Below are positions 22,848 through 36,097 of a stretch of DNA of 64,000 nt, one piece after another. Every line of letters starts with the position of its first letter. Positions within the stretch are counted from its first letter, which is position 1. Source of the stretch: Takakia lepidozioides (Eukaryota; Plantae; Bryophyta); contig CM060731.1 in NCBI GenBank assembly GCA_030704615.1, positions 58,404,001 to 58,468,000 of the forward strand, read 5' to 3'. Position numbers and translations under genes: made by a program. Under the pieces are notes generated by a model. It was not told the origin of the DNA. It saw only the letters and a list, made by a program, of their open reading frames with translations, and made no database searches.

Positions 22848-25800
22848 ATGCAGTCGATTCGGAAAAGACACGAATGCTTCTAGTGAACCATCCCTCCCCA
22901 CGTCTTCAACCAACCCTGGATGGAGGAGGCCCTCCCTCCTTTCCACATAACACTGATGCGTTTTATCCCCCTGGCATTCAGAGGTATGCACAGTATGAAC
23001 AACAGACTGCTCATGTTCCAGCCGCCCCTGAAATTCACCCGCCCTTTTCTCAGTCGTACAATGCAAACAGCCCGTCAGGGGAGAACCGGACATGTGCAGT
23101 TCCGTGTGGGGCATTTCCACAAACTGGGGAAGCACAACATGCTCCTGTTCAGCATGGGCACTACCACGAAGGTGTGTGGTACCCTCACCCCAACCCTCCC
23201 CCACCTGCGCATCCTCCCCAAGCAACGTATCCCAGAAGCCCCATGTATAGTGCGCCGTTGCATGGCCCTTATTCCAGGCAGCCCATAGCTTCACCCAATT
23301 GCAACGCTTCGCGGCCTCTTCAATTCCCAAGCTCACCAGCTTTGAGCACAGGTTATGTTCCTGCCCACCCCACACCCCACGTTGGTGCGTGGCAAGGTTC
23401 ATGTCCGCCCGAAGGGCCCCATGTTGCAGGTTGTGAGGGAGGAGAGGAGGCCCGTGATTCCAATATGACTCCAGATGCGCAACATTGACTGGCAAGGACA
23501 GAGCCAATTTTTTGCGCAAGGCGAGGAGAGTAGCACGGAGAGGGTTGAAGGAAACGTCTTGTGCAAATGTAGCTGCTGGGCAAAAGAGATTCATAGTTGC
23601 GTGTGGCAAAAAGGGCCCATGCGGGGATGCACGAAATGACTGGCTGGCAGCCCTGCGAGGGCAATGCCAACGTGTGCTGGACTGTTCTGTGCCCATCCAT
23701 CTTCAACCTCAAAGTCTGATTGACGAGGTGGGTGAACTATTAGCAGATGATTGGGAATATTTACCTCCTGGGATAACTGGCGCCCAACTTCGAACTGAGA
23801 TTGGAGGCGTCATTAAATACCAGCGCATCAAACTGTTTAGAAAAGTGTACTCCCGTGGCAAACCTAAGCCCCACTATGTTGCGGACAAGACTTGGGCAGA
23901 ACTTGTGAGGCATTGGAACACGCCCGAATGGCAAAAGAGTCGTGATGATGGCAAGCATGCACGGGGGCATGTTGGTGCCCCTTCGAGATCTGGACGCAGT
24001 GGCCTTAGCGGCGTTGAGGAACGTCTGGTAAATCTGCCTGTCTCATGACATTGCCAATATATTCAGGTAGTGAGGTGTCTTGTCATTTGTATCTTACTCT
24101 TAGAGGATGGCACTAATATTCCCATATCATGTCCATGTGTAGGCTAAGACAAGTGGTCGTCCTCCACTTCTATCCGAAATTCGGGGAGCAAGAATAGCAA
24201 CAAGGGGTATGGTTCTGATTCAGCAGGGGCCACCCGATTTGTAAGTAACTAACCCACCTGCATTTGTTGCAATGATGTGCTTGTCAATTATTTATGGTTT
24301 TGCCTTCCTGTGTTGTTGTCCAATAAATTACCTCGCATGGCTAGTGCGATAGATGTATTGAATCGTATTTGCACTCTTTTTGTGGCAGGGCCTTGGAGCA
24401 TTGGCTTCTCGGCTTGATGGCTTGGAAGGATGGAAACATACAATGGAGGCCAGCTCAATGGAGCACAAATTGGAATTGCAGGTAGTGAAATCCATGTTTG
24501 CCGCTGCAGTATCTAAGACAGACAAGTTCAACATGGCATTGGCAGCGAAGCTCGGTTTGGACCTGCCGAGGGGTGAATCTCCATCAACATCAAACATTGT
24601 GTGTGAGTTGTCGCCCCCTGTTCATGGTGTTGTCCCACCTGCGACTACAGTGGAAATGACAAGTACAAGTGAGCAGCCTCCTAGCAGTGGAGGCAGTGGA
24701 CAAAGGAAAGGGGGCAGTATTGTGGAAGAAGATGCCACAGGTGAGGACAAAGTTCAGAACATGGCATGTGACGATCCTTGCCTTAATTATGGTGCCAATG
24801 ATGACCTATCCCCCCTTATTGAGAAGGGAGTGCCTGTACTGGAGGATCACACCGGCAGTGAACTTAGACAGAGTGCCCAAGACATAGGGGCAGGGGCTAA
24901 GGGCACAGGAGTGGTTATTGTTGGGGCAGGGAAGAACATTGATTCAACAACAAAATTGGCCGTTGTACGGAAGGTAAGTACTCGTGTTCCTATATTCTTG
25001 TGCAGTTCCAAGTCGATTATGCAATACCTGCAGGCCGTTCATGACTTCTGTGTACATGTGTGGGTTTCTATTGATTCAGAAGCCACCAAAGGAAATTGTT
25101 GCGGTGAATATGAGGAAGAAGTCCGCAAGACTTGCTGCCAGCAACGTTGATGGGAGCCGTATGGGAAGCTTCAAAGCGCCGGCACCTGTTGTAAGTTTTC
25201 CTTCGTGGAAGTACATCCGTATTTTGTTTGTAGGGCTATATGATGGTATCTCGCGTTTTCCCTGTCCATAACTGTTGCATGTGCATAACAAATGACAAGG
25301 GCACACATTGGTGGTGTTGGCTGTCCCAGTTTCAGGTTGGTGACAAGGTCACAATGTTTGACCCCAATGCACCCAAACGGAAGGCAGGCGTGGGCCATAT
25401 ATTGGGCATGTCGACTGACTGGCTGGCTTATGTCGTTCATGCCGATTATCATGTTGTCTCTGTTGAATCAGTACATGGGGCAGATGTTGCTCTACCATAC
25501 CCCAACAATGATGTTAGGCCTCCCATTGTGATGCTCAGTGACACTGTAGGCATCACGGCCCTGTGGTCTGCCAAGTTCCTCAAACTGACCCGAACATGAG
25601 GTTGTGGGGGATCCTCAATTTGAAGGCAATTTTGACTGAACGCCACTTCATATCGATTTCACCTTTTTTTCGTTATTGTGCGCATCAATGTAGGATTTGG
25701 GTACATTGTGGGTTGTGATCAGCAGTGCAGACTTTGCAATACTTGCATGTTCAGACTAAACTTTATTTGGGCAATGAAGGGCGCACCCAACTTTGAAGCA

Positions 25801-26833
25801 CCCTTGCATCTGGTCATTCTTTCTGTTGTTCTGGCCATGCTTAGTCAATTGTCCATGTCATGAGCAGGTTGTTGCCGCAGTGCTTTGGAATTGTGTTTAT
25901 GTATATGAGTCATATTTCACATGGACTGTGAAACTGACAGTGTGGACAGTATCACGATTTGTGATATGATCATGATGCCTATGGAATAATTGTGCACACC
26001 ATGACGTCACAAATATGTGAAATCAACCGTAGCTTGCTTGTGGCATCTTCCACATTTTTGTGGAATGACCTACAACATCAGCAGTAGAATATTTCAGACC
26101 CACTATGGTATGCTCCTGTGGCTATGTGGAATGACCTACAGTATAGGCAGTAAAATACTACACACCCACTCCATGCAGATTACGCCACGTGCCGTCCTCT
26201 CCAAAATACACGCGTTGCCCATACCGTTGCCCACATGTCGTCAAGCCCAGGTAACAGGGTGTCGCATCATTTTCCCGTAGGTGTGGACAAGTCCACACCC
26301 TTTGTACGTTTAGGATCCACGTGGCGGTGTTTGCCATGGAACACGTGGCCCCCAAACTTGCTGAAGCTGTGAAAATAGCTAGTGGATGGTCTCACACCGA
26401 ATGGCTTTTTTCACACCCACATGCCACGCCAGACACGCGCTCCACATAAGTGCACATCGCCTCTTTGTCTCCATACACGTGTCATCCCCACAAAAATACA
26501 TGTGTTGCACACACCGTTGCCCAGATGTCGTGAAACCCTGGTGACAGGCAATCGCATGGTTTTCCCGTAGGTGTGGACAAGTCCACACCTTTGTACATCT
26601 ACGATCCACGTGGCAGTGTTCGCCAAAGCACACGTCGTTCGTGGAAAAAGCCATGAACCCCGTGAAAAGGCCACCCGTGGACTTTTCCACAGGGCCACCC
26701 GAGAGCCAGGCCGTCCACGGGGTGTCCGAAAGCACTCGTCGTTTCTTACACCCACGGCAGGTGTGGACTGGGGCGGATTCCACAGGAAAAAGTGTGAAAA
26801 AAACCGTGGAAAAAGCCGTTTTTTCTTCTAGTG
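22848..26833 (+). mobile_element. CACTA (En/Spm) transposon 3' half with a degraded, intron-containing TnpA-like gene
   Basis: KPHYVADKTWAELVRHWNTPEWQK...GRSG resembles Ptta/En/Spm Transposase_24. ORF 25240-25599 (VSVESVHGADVALPYP...GITALW) resembles the TnpA C-terminal domain. 3' terminus TTTTCTTCTAGTG ends at 26833 with subterminal CCGTGG/CCACGG repeats. 5' CACTA end not found. Confidence 0.75.
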
Positions 26834-27548
26834 AGTGTTCAGTGAGCGGGAGATAGGGGAGTACTGCTTTGTCTCTACCTGGCAGAAAGAGGAGGAGGGT
26901 TGGTTAGAGCGAGCTACTGTAGCTTGGGACAAGGTTAGTGGCAGGTTTCTGGACATAGATATACCGCCTACACCTTACCATCATGCATAGCGAGGCACTT
27001 TGAGAGAAGTCTGGCAGTTGATAGCATAGATCAGGATTAGATCTTGCTTGGTCGGGCTTCTATTCTTCCCCTCCATCTCTTTACTATTTTCATTACTTTA
27101 TACTTGTAGTTGCCAAAGCCTCTCTTGGTGGAGGCCAGTCAGTCCGGGGTTTTGGGCTGGGATATTCTGCAGGATCAACATTGCAGATGGATTTTGGTGT
27201 GGGGGTGTTGATGTTTTGATTTCTTGTGTTTGGATCCCCCCCAACACCTGCATGCTTGACTGTGCGCCATGTTGGTTTGTGTGGGCGCTTGCTTTCATAG
27301 GGATTAGGCCGGATTTGATCACCGGTCAATCCTAGAGTATGCTGTCGGTGGTGAGGCTGGAGTGATGACCAGCAAGACCACCAGTGTTTCTTCTATGGTG
27401 AGACTGGGTTGATGACCAGCCAACCATAGGAGTTCTTGCGGTGGATGCAGGTGCAGGTGCCCCGAGCCACTGGGATATGACCCTTAAACTGCAACAGGTA
27501 CCTACCCGTGTCACTATTAGAATTAGTACTAGAGCCTTATAGTGTCAC

Positions 27549-30500
27549 GTGGGGGAGGTGCACATTGAGAGTGTCATCACGGAGTTACCCAGGGGTTCTA
27601 AGGGGAGTACGGCTACAGGCAGTAGCAGTGAGAGTGGGTTCACCAGACGAGGTGTTCGTTTCAGACCACCTTCACCTCTACCCTCAACTAGTGCAGAGTC
27701 AGACACAGACTTGGAGGCTTCATCAACAGGTGTGCAGTTTCATTCGCCATTATTGTGGGACGACATAGAGGAGATGTATGGAGCTACCAAGGGGCCTTGT
27801 AGGTACTCTAGAGCTGTGGGCATAATTGAGTTGGATGACTTTATCCAGGAGTTTGATAGCTGGTGTGATTTGCAGCAGATGCGCAATCCACAGCTATTCA
27901 CCCCATTCATGGCGTGGAAGGGACTGTTCCAACATTTGGAAAGCCCGCCTATGGACGATTACCACGAGTTCAGGCGAGGACATGAAGCAGAGATTGAGGA
28001 GTGGAGGATGTATTGGTCACCTGACTACGTCTCCATTACTCGAGGCACGACGCGACCAGTAGCTGCATCAGTACCAATATCTCCCACTGCCAGCACTAGT
28101 AGTGGAACAAGTAGTGTCGGTACTTCTGCAGGTGGTACCAGTTCAAAAGGTGCTACTACTCCTTCTGCCACGACTACAACACATGTGCCTGGATTCAACC
28201 CGGTGGTGGAGTTCTTCCAGGAGTTGCGGAGGAACTACCAAGGTGTACGGACTGAGAAGCTGCGAAGTTTGCAAGACTTCCAGCGCAAACCAGTGAGAGC
28301 CTGCGAGAGGCGTACACTCGTATGAGGCGCTTGATAAGTGTGACCCAAGGGGTTACTGAAGCTCAGGCAATCCAGTTTTGGTATGGAATTCTGGACAAGG
28401 AGCTCAAGAGAAGGGTGCGAGATGCAACTCTATTACAAGCAGCCCAACCCACATTAGCAGATGTATTTCTGCTGGCTGAGCGGATTGAGCTCAACATGGT
28501 GGAGGAGCGCATTGTTACCATTGGATTTGGCAAGGACATGCCTGCACGAGGCGCAGCTGCCAGCCCACATGCACAAGGGACTGCCCAACAGCGTGGTCAG
28601 GGGGGCAAGGTTTCCCAACCCAAGTTCCATGGAGCTTACAGGGGACCTCAGGTGCAGAGGCCCGTGGCATCTTTTGCAGGCCAACAGCAATCAGGGGTGA
28701 TATGTTGGACATGTGGAGGACCCCATGTCAAGAGAGATTTCCCAGAGAGTGGCAAAAGGCCGGCACAAGCACAGCTTGCACAGTTGCAGTGTGGGCATTG
28801 TGGCAAGTATGGGCATGGAGATGCCCAGTGTTATGACTTGCATCCTGAGTTGCGCCCAGGCCAGTTCCAAGGGAACAATGGTGGCCGGGGGCGAGGTGGA
28901 CCAGCCCAGAGAGGACGAGGTGGCCGGGCACAAGGTGCAAGCCAAGTGCAAGCTCAACATGGCCAAGGACGCGGAGGTCAGGGTGTTGACCAAGGCATGG
29001 CCAACCGACTTCAGCAGCTAGAGCAGAGACTCGCTGCCATGGCTACAGCTCAGGCGGTACCGGCTCCCAGGCGGGATGGTCCACCTCTTGCGCCTGAGGG
29101 AGGAGATATGGGAGACATGGGATTCATGTGCGGAGCAGCACTACCACTAGTGCAGGTGGAGTCTGCTGCAGCTGTGACTCGAGGAGCAGCACGAGTTCCT
29201 GAGCCACGAGGTGCAGAGGTGGAATTGGATCCACAGCGTGGGAAGGCAAGCCGTCAGGCGAGGCTTCCTCAGTCATTCACATTGGCGGAGACTGTGTCAA
29301 CGCCATCCATGGCACCTAGTTCTCGCCCGACTGTTACCGAGGCGGAGGTTACTATGCCATTGGGGAGAGCTACACGTGCAGCACTGACACCTGCTACCAA
29401 GGCTAGTGCAGCCGGTGTGTTGTTGGGGGCAGCCACCTCTGTGTGTCAAGCCCCACTATTCTCGGCAACCATGATTGCGACGCTGGGGGTAAGACTAGCT
29501 GCAGTGTTCAAACTAGCAGCAACACTCTGTGAGAGTGGGGATGTCACTTCATCTTCTGCGGAGTTAGTGGAAGGTGTAGTGGCAGAGGGATCCTCGGATT
29601 TGAGGGTCAAGACTACCACGACTGCGCCATGGCAAGCTGCAGCTGCCAGGTTGACGGAGCTGCCAGCTAGGCCAGCCTTTGAGCGCGCCATGGTGACACC
29701 TGGAGTTGTCTTGTTAGACAACCAGGATGACATTTTCACTTTGAGTGGACCGGCAAGCAAGAAGTACCGGCCAGTGCGGGTCTTGTTGAACTCGGGAGCT
29801 CATCCACTGATGTTGGGCAGAGCTGCTATTGCAGGTTTGGGCCTCATGGAGGTGGATATGGAGCCTTGTCCTTTCCAGATACATACATCTCTGGGAGGAT
29901 CAGAGCAGGCTCGGGGCATGACACGGCGTGAGTTGGCCATTGGACTACAGCCGGATCACCCTACAGATGGCTCAGTGATGCGAGCCAATTCCATTGTGAC
30001 AGACGCGGTCTCGTACGATGTCCTGGTTGGTGGGGCTGTGTTGTACCCCATGGGCTTCATCCTGGATTTTTGGGAGGAGTCAGCTTCCTATAGGCCTGGA
30101 TGGCAGTCAGGGGAGGGTCGTCGTGTACAGCTCCCTGTGACATTCATTGGAGGTATTGCGGCTGCCCAGCGGGGCAGGATGCCAACACTAGCCGCCTTTA
30201 CAGCTGCAGTTAGTTGGCCTGGAGAATTGTTGGAGGGCAATGCCCATGCAGAGGATGTGCCACCTCCCGCAGAGCAAGATGACATGCATGGTACGGCGGA
30301 GTTGCCTGCCATGGTTGCTCACACTCCATTGTGGGGTACGGGCAAAGATTTGCAGCAGGCTGCTGATGGACGGGTGCAACAAGCCTGGGTAAAGGCCTTT
30401 GTACCGTCAGGGGAAGAGGAGAGTGCGGTGACTGCACCAGGAACACCTCAGTTGTTGCCATTGGACACCACACCTCTTGTGTGGCAGTGCCCGGATGAAG

Positions 30501-31894
30501 GCATATGCCTTCTGGACTTGTTTGGCGGGATCAGCACTGGATTGGCTGCAGTGCTGCAGGCAGGTGTACGAGTTCGACGTTACCTGTATGTGGAGAGGGA
30601 TGAGACTGCACGACGTATCTCACTGCGCCATGTTGCTCAATTGGTACAGCAGTACCCTGATTTGTTGCCAGTGTCTGCAGTTCGTGGATACCAACAAGCC
30701 TTGCCAGCAGACATTTCGTTGCTGGGGGCGCAGGATTTGGAGCAGGTTGGCTCCATTGATCTGGTAGTGGCAGGTTGGCCCTGCCAAGGGCATTCATCAG
30801 CCGGGCATGGCAATGGATTGCGAGACTCGAGGACGGGTCTGTTTTGGGAGATGGTGCGGATTTTGCGCCACCTGCAGCTTCATCAAGCTGTACCTCTAAC
30901 ATACATCTTGGAGAATGTGCCACTGATGGGTGATTCTCGGGCCAGGGTGATGGACAGTGTGCATCAAGTCCGGTCATGGCTTGGGTCAGCAGTGTTGTTG
31001 GATGCAGCTGCAGTGGGGTCACGGGCTCATCGTCCACGGCTTTGGTGGACTAACTTGATGCCACCCGCACTGCTCAAGCGTGCATTTGATGGGGTGCAGC
31101 GGCCAGCACACCTCACAGTGGATAGCATTTTGGACACAGGGAGGCAGTCTCAACGTGTGAGACACAATGACCGTTCGCCTTTGGTAGTGGTCAACAGGAT
31201 GGGTCAACCATAAGCAGCATTACCTACACTGCTCAGCTTCCCAGGATCCCATGCTTTTCGGGATGGTGGACCTGGCCTCTTGTGGGATAGCCAGTTGCAA
31301 CAATTAGTGGAGCCCACTGCTGACGAGCACAAGCGGGCGATGGGTTTTACCACTAGTACCATGGCGGTGCCCTCTTTTTTTTGAGGCATCACGTCATCAG
31401 GTGTTGGGGCAAGCAATGGATCTCAATTGCTTGACCTGGATCATCAGCTTGGCTATGGCTGAGCAGCGCAGAGTGCGAAGTATACTTCCCTTCATGGTCT
31501 CCCTGCCTACCGAGATGGTATAGGCAGCGAGTGGGGGCGAGCAGGTGGGGACCACAAGGTGCAGGCCGCATCCATGGCACACGTGGGAGGTGCTTGAGGT
31601 TCATAAGGAGTTGGCAGCCAAGGCGGCGGTGATGGATCAGGTTGGGGATTTTTCTCGGGTTGAGGAGGACCTCAAGGATGGGATGATGGGGCAGGGTGAG
31701 ACATTGTCACGGACAGAGGAGGCAGTGGTCACTGCTCATGAGGTTGCAGCATAGCAACCACGGGACGCGTCTTCTACCTCTAAGCCTGCTGGACTCAAGG
31801 TTGCAGTCACGGAGGACAACTGGGAGCCTGATATTGGACCTATAGTCACCGGAGGAGAGAGATGACGTATACGGTGGTTCTTGAGGGCTTACAG
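27549..31894 (+). pseudogene. Gag-PR-DNMT polyprotein, disrupted by a frameshift near 28293, a stop at 31211 and a frameshift at 31375-31382
   Basis: Gag (ESLREAYTRMRRL), knuckles CWTCGGPH and CGHCGKYGHGDAQC, protease VLLNSGA/YDVLVG, then the MTase domain. Confidence 0.85.
30503..31450 (+). pseudogene. C5-cytosine DNA methyltransferase domain
   Basis: Motif I LDLFGG (30512), II YVERD, IV AGWPCQ (Cys at 30782), VI ILENV (30911), VIII AHRPRLWWTN. Past the stop, IX EHKRAMGF; past the frameshift, X VLGQAMD (31404-31421). Confidence 0.92.
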
Positions 31895-32532
31895 TGTCGC
31901 GGCCCTTTGCCTTGAGGGCAGGGGGTCGGGACACAAGAGGGGCTGCTCCTGTGGTGGGGGCAGTGGCAGCGATAGGTATGGGGGGCAGAAGCACCCTTGA
32001 GTGCCCAAGGCACTCAAGGAGGCGGAGGCACTCACTAGGTGGAGCCCCGCACACCGGGTTGCGGTGGGGGTGGCTCCACAAGGGGTGGTGGTAGCTTAGC
32101 GGGACCGTGGTGGGTGGGCCAAGACTCACCGCGACTCATCACCGGGAGTCGAGGGTGTTCGTGGTGGTTCGCCATAAAATGACATGGTTGTTTGTGAAAC
32201 CCCCGCGGACAGCTACAGAAGTATATATAGGGAGTAGTAACCTCGAGAACGGTGCAAGTCCGTTAGTGACCAAAAACTAGTGAGTAAGCGAGCGAGCCGG
32301 AAAGCGACCAAAGAGTGGGGAGCTGTTTCGGACTGCCAACTACCAAAGGGAATTCCGCTGGTTCCAAATCGTTGGAGGGTTCTTTGGGAGATCAAAGGGG
32401 GGACCGTTATGCCCCGGTGAGCAGCCGGAGCTCCAAGTTGGCCCGGCGGCCAGGTTGGGAGTTAGGCGCGCGTATCCAGCGAGTAACTATGACTTGAGGG
32501 GGGGAGAGTTTACCGAAGTGAGGTGCGCGACA
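31895..32532 (+). repeat. Family C 5' LTR (638 bp)
   Basis: 7-bp terminal inverted repeat, followed by PBS TGGTATCAGAGC at 32535-32546; its start matches 58647-58796. Confidence 0.9.
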
Positions 32533-32587
32533 TTTGGTATCAGAGCTTAGAGTTCAGTACGCGATCGTCTTTGGGATTGGCCTCATC

Positions 32588-34987
32588 ATGGGGTCGGGCA
32601 AGCCAAAGCGAAAGCGGAACGGCCCAAAAGATGATGATCCTGGTGAGCCCGATGGGGGCGACGTGTCATCGAGGCGGCCGTTTGAGGGAGCGATACATGT
32701 TTCCGAAAACGAGGCCGCTCAAGAGCGGGAGGAATCTGAAGAGTCGGAGCCTGAGGAATCCTTGAGAGCTCCGACCGACCAACAGATGCCTCCCATGCCG
32801 GCAGCCTTTTGGGAAGGGTTGTTGGCGCAAATTTGGCGGGACGTTGAAAGACGTGTTGAAGGCGGCTAATGCCACTTCCACTAAGGCAAAGTTTAAGGTG
32901 AAGCCTAAGGAACCCGGCACCTTCGAGGACGTCCGAAATCGGAAGGCACTCAACACCTGGCTCTTGGAGCTAGAGCAGTACTTCCGGGTGGCCAAGTTGA
33001 GTGACGAGGATCGGGTGGAAGTGGCTCCCACCTATTTGAGGGGCTATGCTCAACAATGGTGGCAGAAACGCCTTCACGACCGAGGTCCAAGCCCGGAAAC
33101 CTTGAACTGGAGTGGGTTCAAGGAATTGATGAAGAGGCAGTTTGTGCCCCTCAACGCGTCCTGGCTTGCCCGGGACAAGATGAGGAATTTGAAGCAAACA
33201 GATGACATTCAGGGATATGTCCAGGCTTTAATGTGCTGTTGCTCAAAGTCGCGGACATGACAGAACCAGAAATGGTCTTCAACTTTGTGGCGGGACTGGC
33301 CCCATGGGCCAGGCGGAAGTTGGAGGAGAAGCCACCTAAGACTTTGAACGAGGCAATTGAGAGGGTTGAATGTTTCTCGGATGTCCCTAAGGGTGAAAGA
33401 CAAGGCCGTACGGAGCTGAACCATAAGAAGACCCGGCGGGAAGGTGACTCCTTCCGACCGGAAAAGAAGTGGGATAGGCCACGCGGCAACAATGGCACGT
33501 GGAAATCGAAGGGAGGGCCTTTACAAGTCAAGGCGGCACCCGATGCTTCGAAAGGAAAAGCGGGTGGAGCGGCCTATGGCGGACAGAAGGCGACCTTTGA
33601 TGGAGTGTGTTTCAATTGCGGGGAGCCCGGGCACATGGCCAAGAAGTGCACGCAATTGAACATGACTCGGGTGACCACAGAGCTGTCGGAAGATACCATC
33701 AGTCGCTTGGTGGAAGCGGTGGTCGCGAGGACTTGCAAGGTAGGCAAATTTTCTTGTGAGTTGTATCAGGAAACTGGCACCTTACGTAAAGGGAGTCAGT
33801 TATTGTTCGTGGATGGGGTAATATCCGGAACTAACGTGTCGTTGTTGGTGGACACAGGAGCGTCGCACTCCTTCATGACACCGGCAACGGCACAAAAACT
33901 GGGACTCCCGACAAGTGACGTGGGGGCCTCTATTCAGGTGCATTCTGCCAAAGGAGAACCGCAATTGGCGACAAGGTTGGCGTTGATGTTCCTCTTCAAC
34001 TGGGGAGTTGGGAGGGACGTGAGAACTTCACCATCTGCGAGATCGATGGAGTGGATCTCATTTTGGGGATGACCTTTTTGAGCAAATCCGGAGCGGTCAT
34101 AGATGGCCGCAAGAGAGTAGTCACGCTGCCATGTGGGAATGGTGGCGAGGTCTTACGAGTGTCGGAAACGCCCAAACCCGTGGGAGGGAGAATAAACCTT
34201 CTGTCAGCAAGGGAGTGGGCCGTGGAGGAGGCACACGAGCCCCAGTTTTTGCTCTACATTAGAGAAGTGAAGGGAGAAGGCGATGGGGAGCCGAGCCCAG
34301 ATTGGATCAAGGGGATTTTGGAGAAGTACCAGGATGTGATGCCGGAGGATTTACCAAGCGGCTTGCCACCGCAAAGAGGAGTTGACCACAAGATTGAGGT
34401 GATACCGGGATCGGAACCACCTGTCAAGGCGCCCTACCGGTTGAGCCATAGAGAGTTGGTCGAGCTGAAGACTCAGCTCAAAGATCTAATGTCAAAGGGG
34501 TACATCCAGCCGAGTAAGTCACCTTACGGAGCCCCGGTGCTATTCGCAGACAAGAAGGATGGGACGCTGCGGATGTGTGTCGATTACAGGGCTTTGAATA
34601 AGGTGACTATCAAAAACCGGTATCCTTTGCGAAGGATCGACGACCTTTTTGATCGGTTGGCAGGAGCGAAGTATTTCAGCCGGATCGATCTGCGCTCCGG
34701 CTATCATCAAATTCGAGTGGCGGAAGAAGATGAGGAGAAGACCACGTGCAGGACAAGGTATGGTTCATATGAGTTCTTGGTGATGCCTTTTGGACTCACC
34801 AACGCTCCCGCGACCTTTAGCACGCTGATGAACAGCCTTTTCCAGGAGTGGTTGGATGACTTTCTGATCGTGTACATCGACGACATCTTGGTGTATTCAA
34901 AAACAAAGGAGGAACACCTGGAGCACCTCAAAAGGGTGTTCCAGAAATTGCGGGAAGGGAAGCTGTATGCCAAAGCTTCAAAGTGCG
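32588..34987 (+). pseudogene. Family C gag-protease-RT (frameshifted, 5' part)
   Basis: [49 protein letters not shown]. Confidence 0.9.
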
Positions 34988-36097
34988 TGTCGCGCGGCTT
35001 TTACTCACCCATCCCTTCGCTATTCGAGGCGGAAACTCCAAGATAGAAGAGTTGGAAATCTCTAAGTACTCAGCCCGCGCAGAACAATCAGTCATGACCT
35101 ACAGCTAGTGTATCATGGGGGTGTTTCCTATTTGTTTCCCTTTTGGTATTCATGTTAGCTATCTTACCATTGATAATTAAATATCAGTTTGCTTTATCAA
35201 TCTATTGGATTCCATCAGCTCATCCATTCATTTCACAGACCTGCATAAGGCTGTTATCCACCAAGTTGCTTGTGGTCCCCCTGAGAGTTTGCTCCTCTCT
35301 TAGCTTGTGCAATTCCAACTGCTGTTGTAAAGCCTCCATCAGCTCATCCATTCATTTCACAGCTTCACTCAGATCTCTCTACACAGTGTGATTGTATCGT
35401 AAAAGTATCCGATTATGATTTATAAGGTATCAGGCCGAAGCCATTGTGTCTCTAATCTCCTCTACAATATCATTACAGCCTTGCATATATCAAGCATCTA
35501 CTCATCATCTCTCTATCTTCATCTCTGTCCTTCATCTCTGTCCGATCCCCTCTCCTCTCTCACCAAGAAGTCCTCCTCTGAATGATTTCCCTCAATTCCC
35601 CGTTTCTCCCTTTATCTTCCTATCCGCGGTTCTAACCGTTTCCCTCGCTAACCGTCGTCTGTGAACTAACATGTTCCCTTTGCAGGTGTTGTTCCCCACA
35701 GTCGTTCCCTGTCCTTCTCTTCGTTCTCTATGATCGTGACAGCTGTGTCAAGCTGTGACTGGCTGTGTGAAACTGTGACGGGCTGTGACTGGCTGTGCGA
35801 CTGTGTTTGGCTGTGTCGGGCTGTGTCGGCTGTGTCTGCTGTGACGACTGTGACGGGCTGTGTTGGCTGTGTCGGCTGTGACGACTGTGACGGGCTGTGT
35901 CGGCTGTGTCTGCTGTGACGACTGTGACGGGCTGTGTAACCCCCCTCTACAGTGCGCTGCTGTCACCCCTAAGGCTCCTGTTGGTCTTAGTCTGTGCAAA
36001 AATTAAGGGTACCCTACAAATCCCGTATAAGTGTCTAAGTCCCCTACAGTCCTCTAACATTACCCCTTCCCCCCTCAAAAAGCCGTGTCCTCACGGT

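Larger units (their letters stand above)
26834..31894 (+). mobile_element. Ty3/gypsy-like retrotransposon family D encoding a DNA cytosine methyltransferase; cut by CACTA on the left and by family C on the right
   Basis: Gag-knuckle-protease-DNMT polyprotein followed by a pre-RT-like segment (WEPDIGPIVTGGER*RIRWFLRAY) up to the family C LTR. LTR and PBS boundaries not resolved. Confidence 0.8.

Noticed and set aside
30503-31450. Host DRM/DNMT3 gene or bacterial contaminant MTase
   Set aside because: Intronless and in frame with Gag and protease, with linear motif order I-X (DRM is circularly permuted), no host regulatory domains, and embedded among plant TEs.
35735-35935. TG-rich repeats as interstitial telomere
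   Set aside because: Not TTTAGGG-like; they occupy the same position within each family A LTR.
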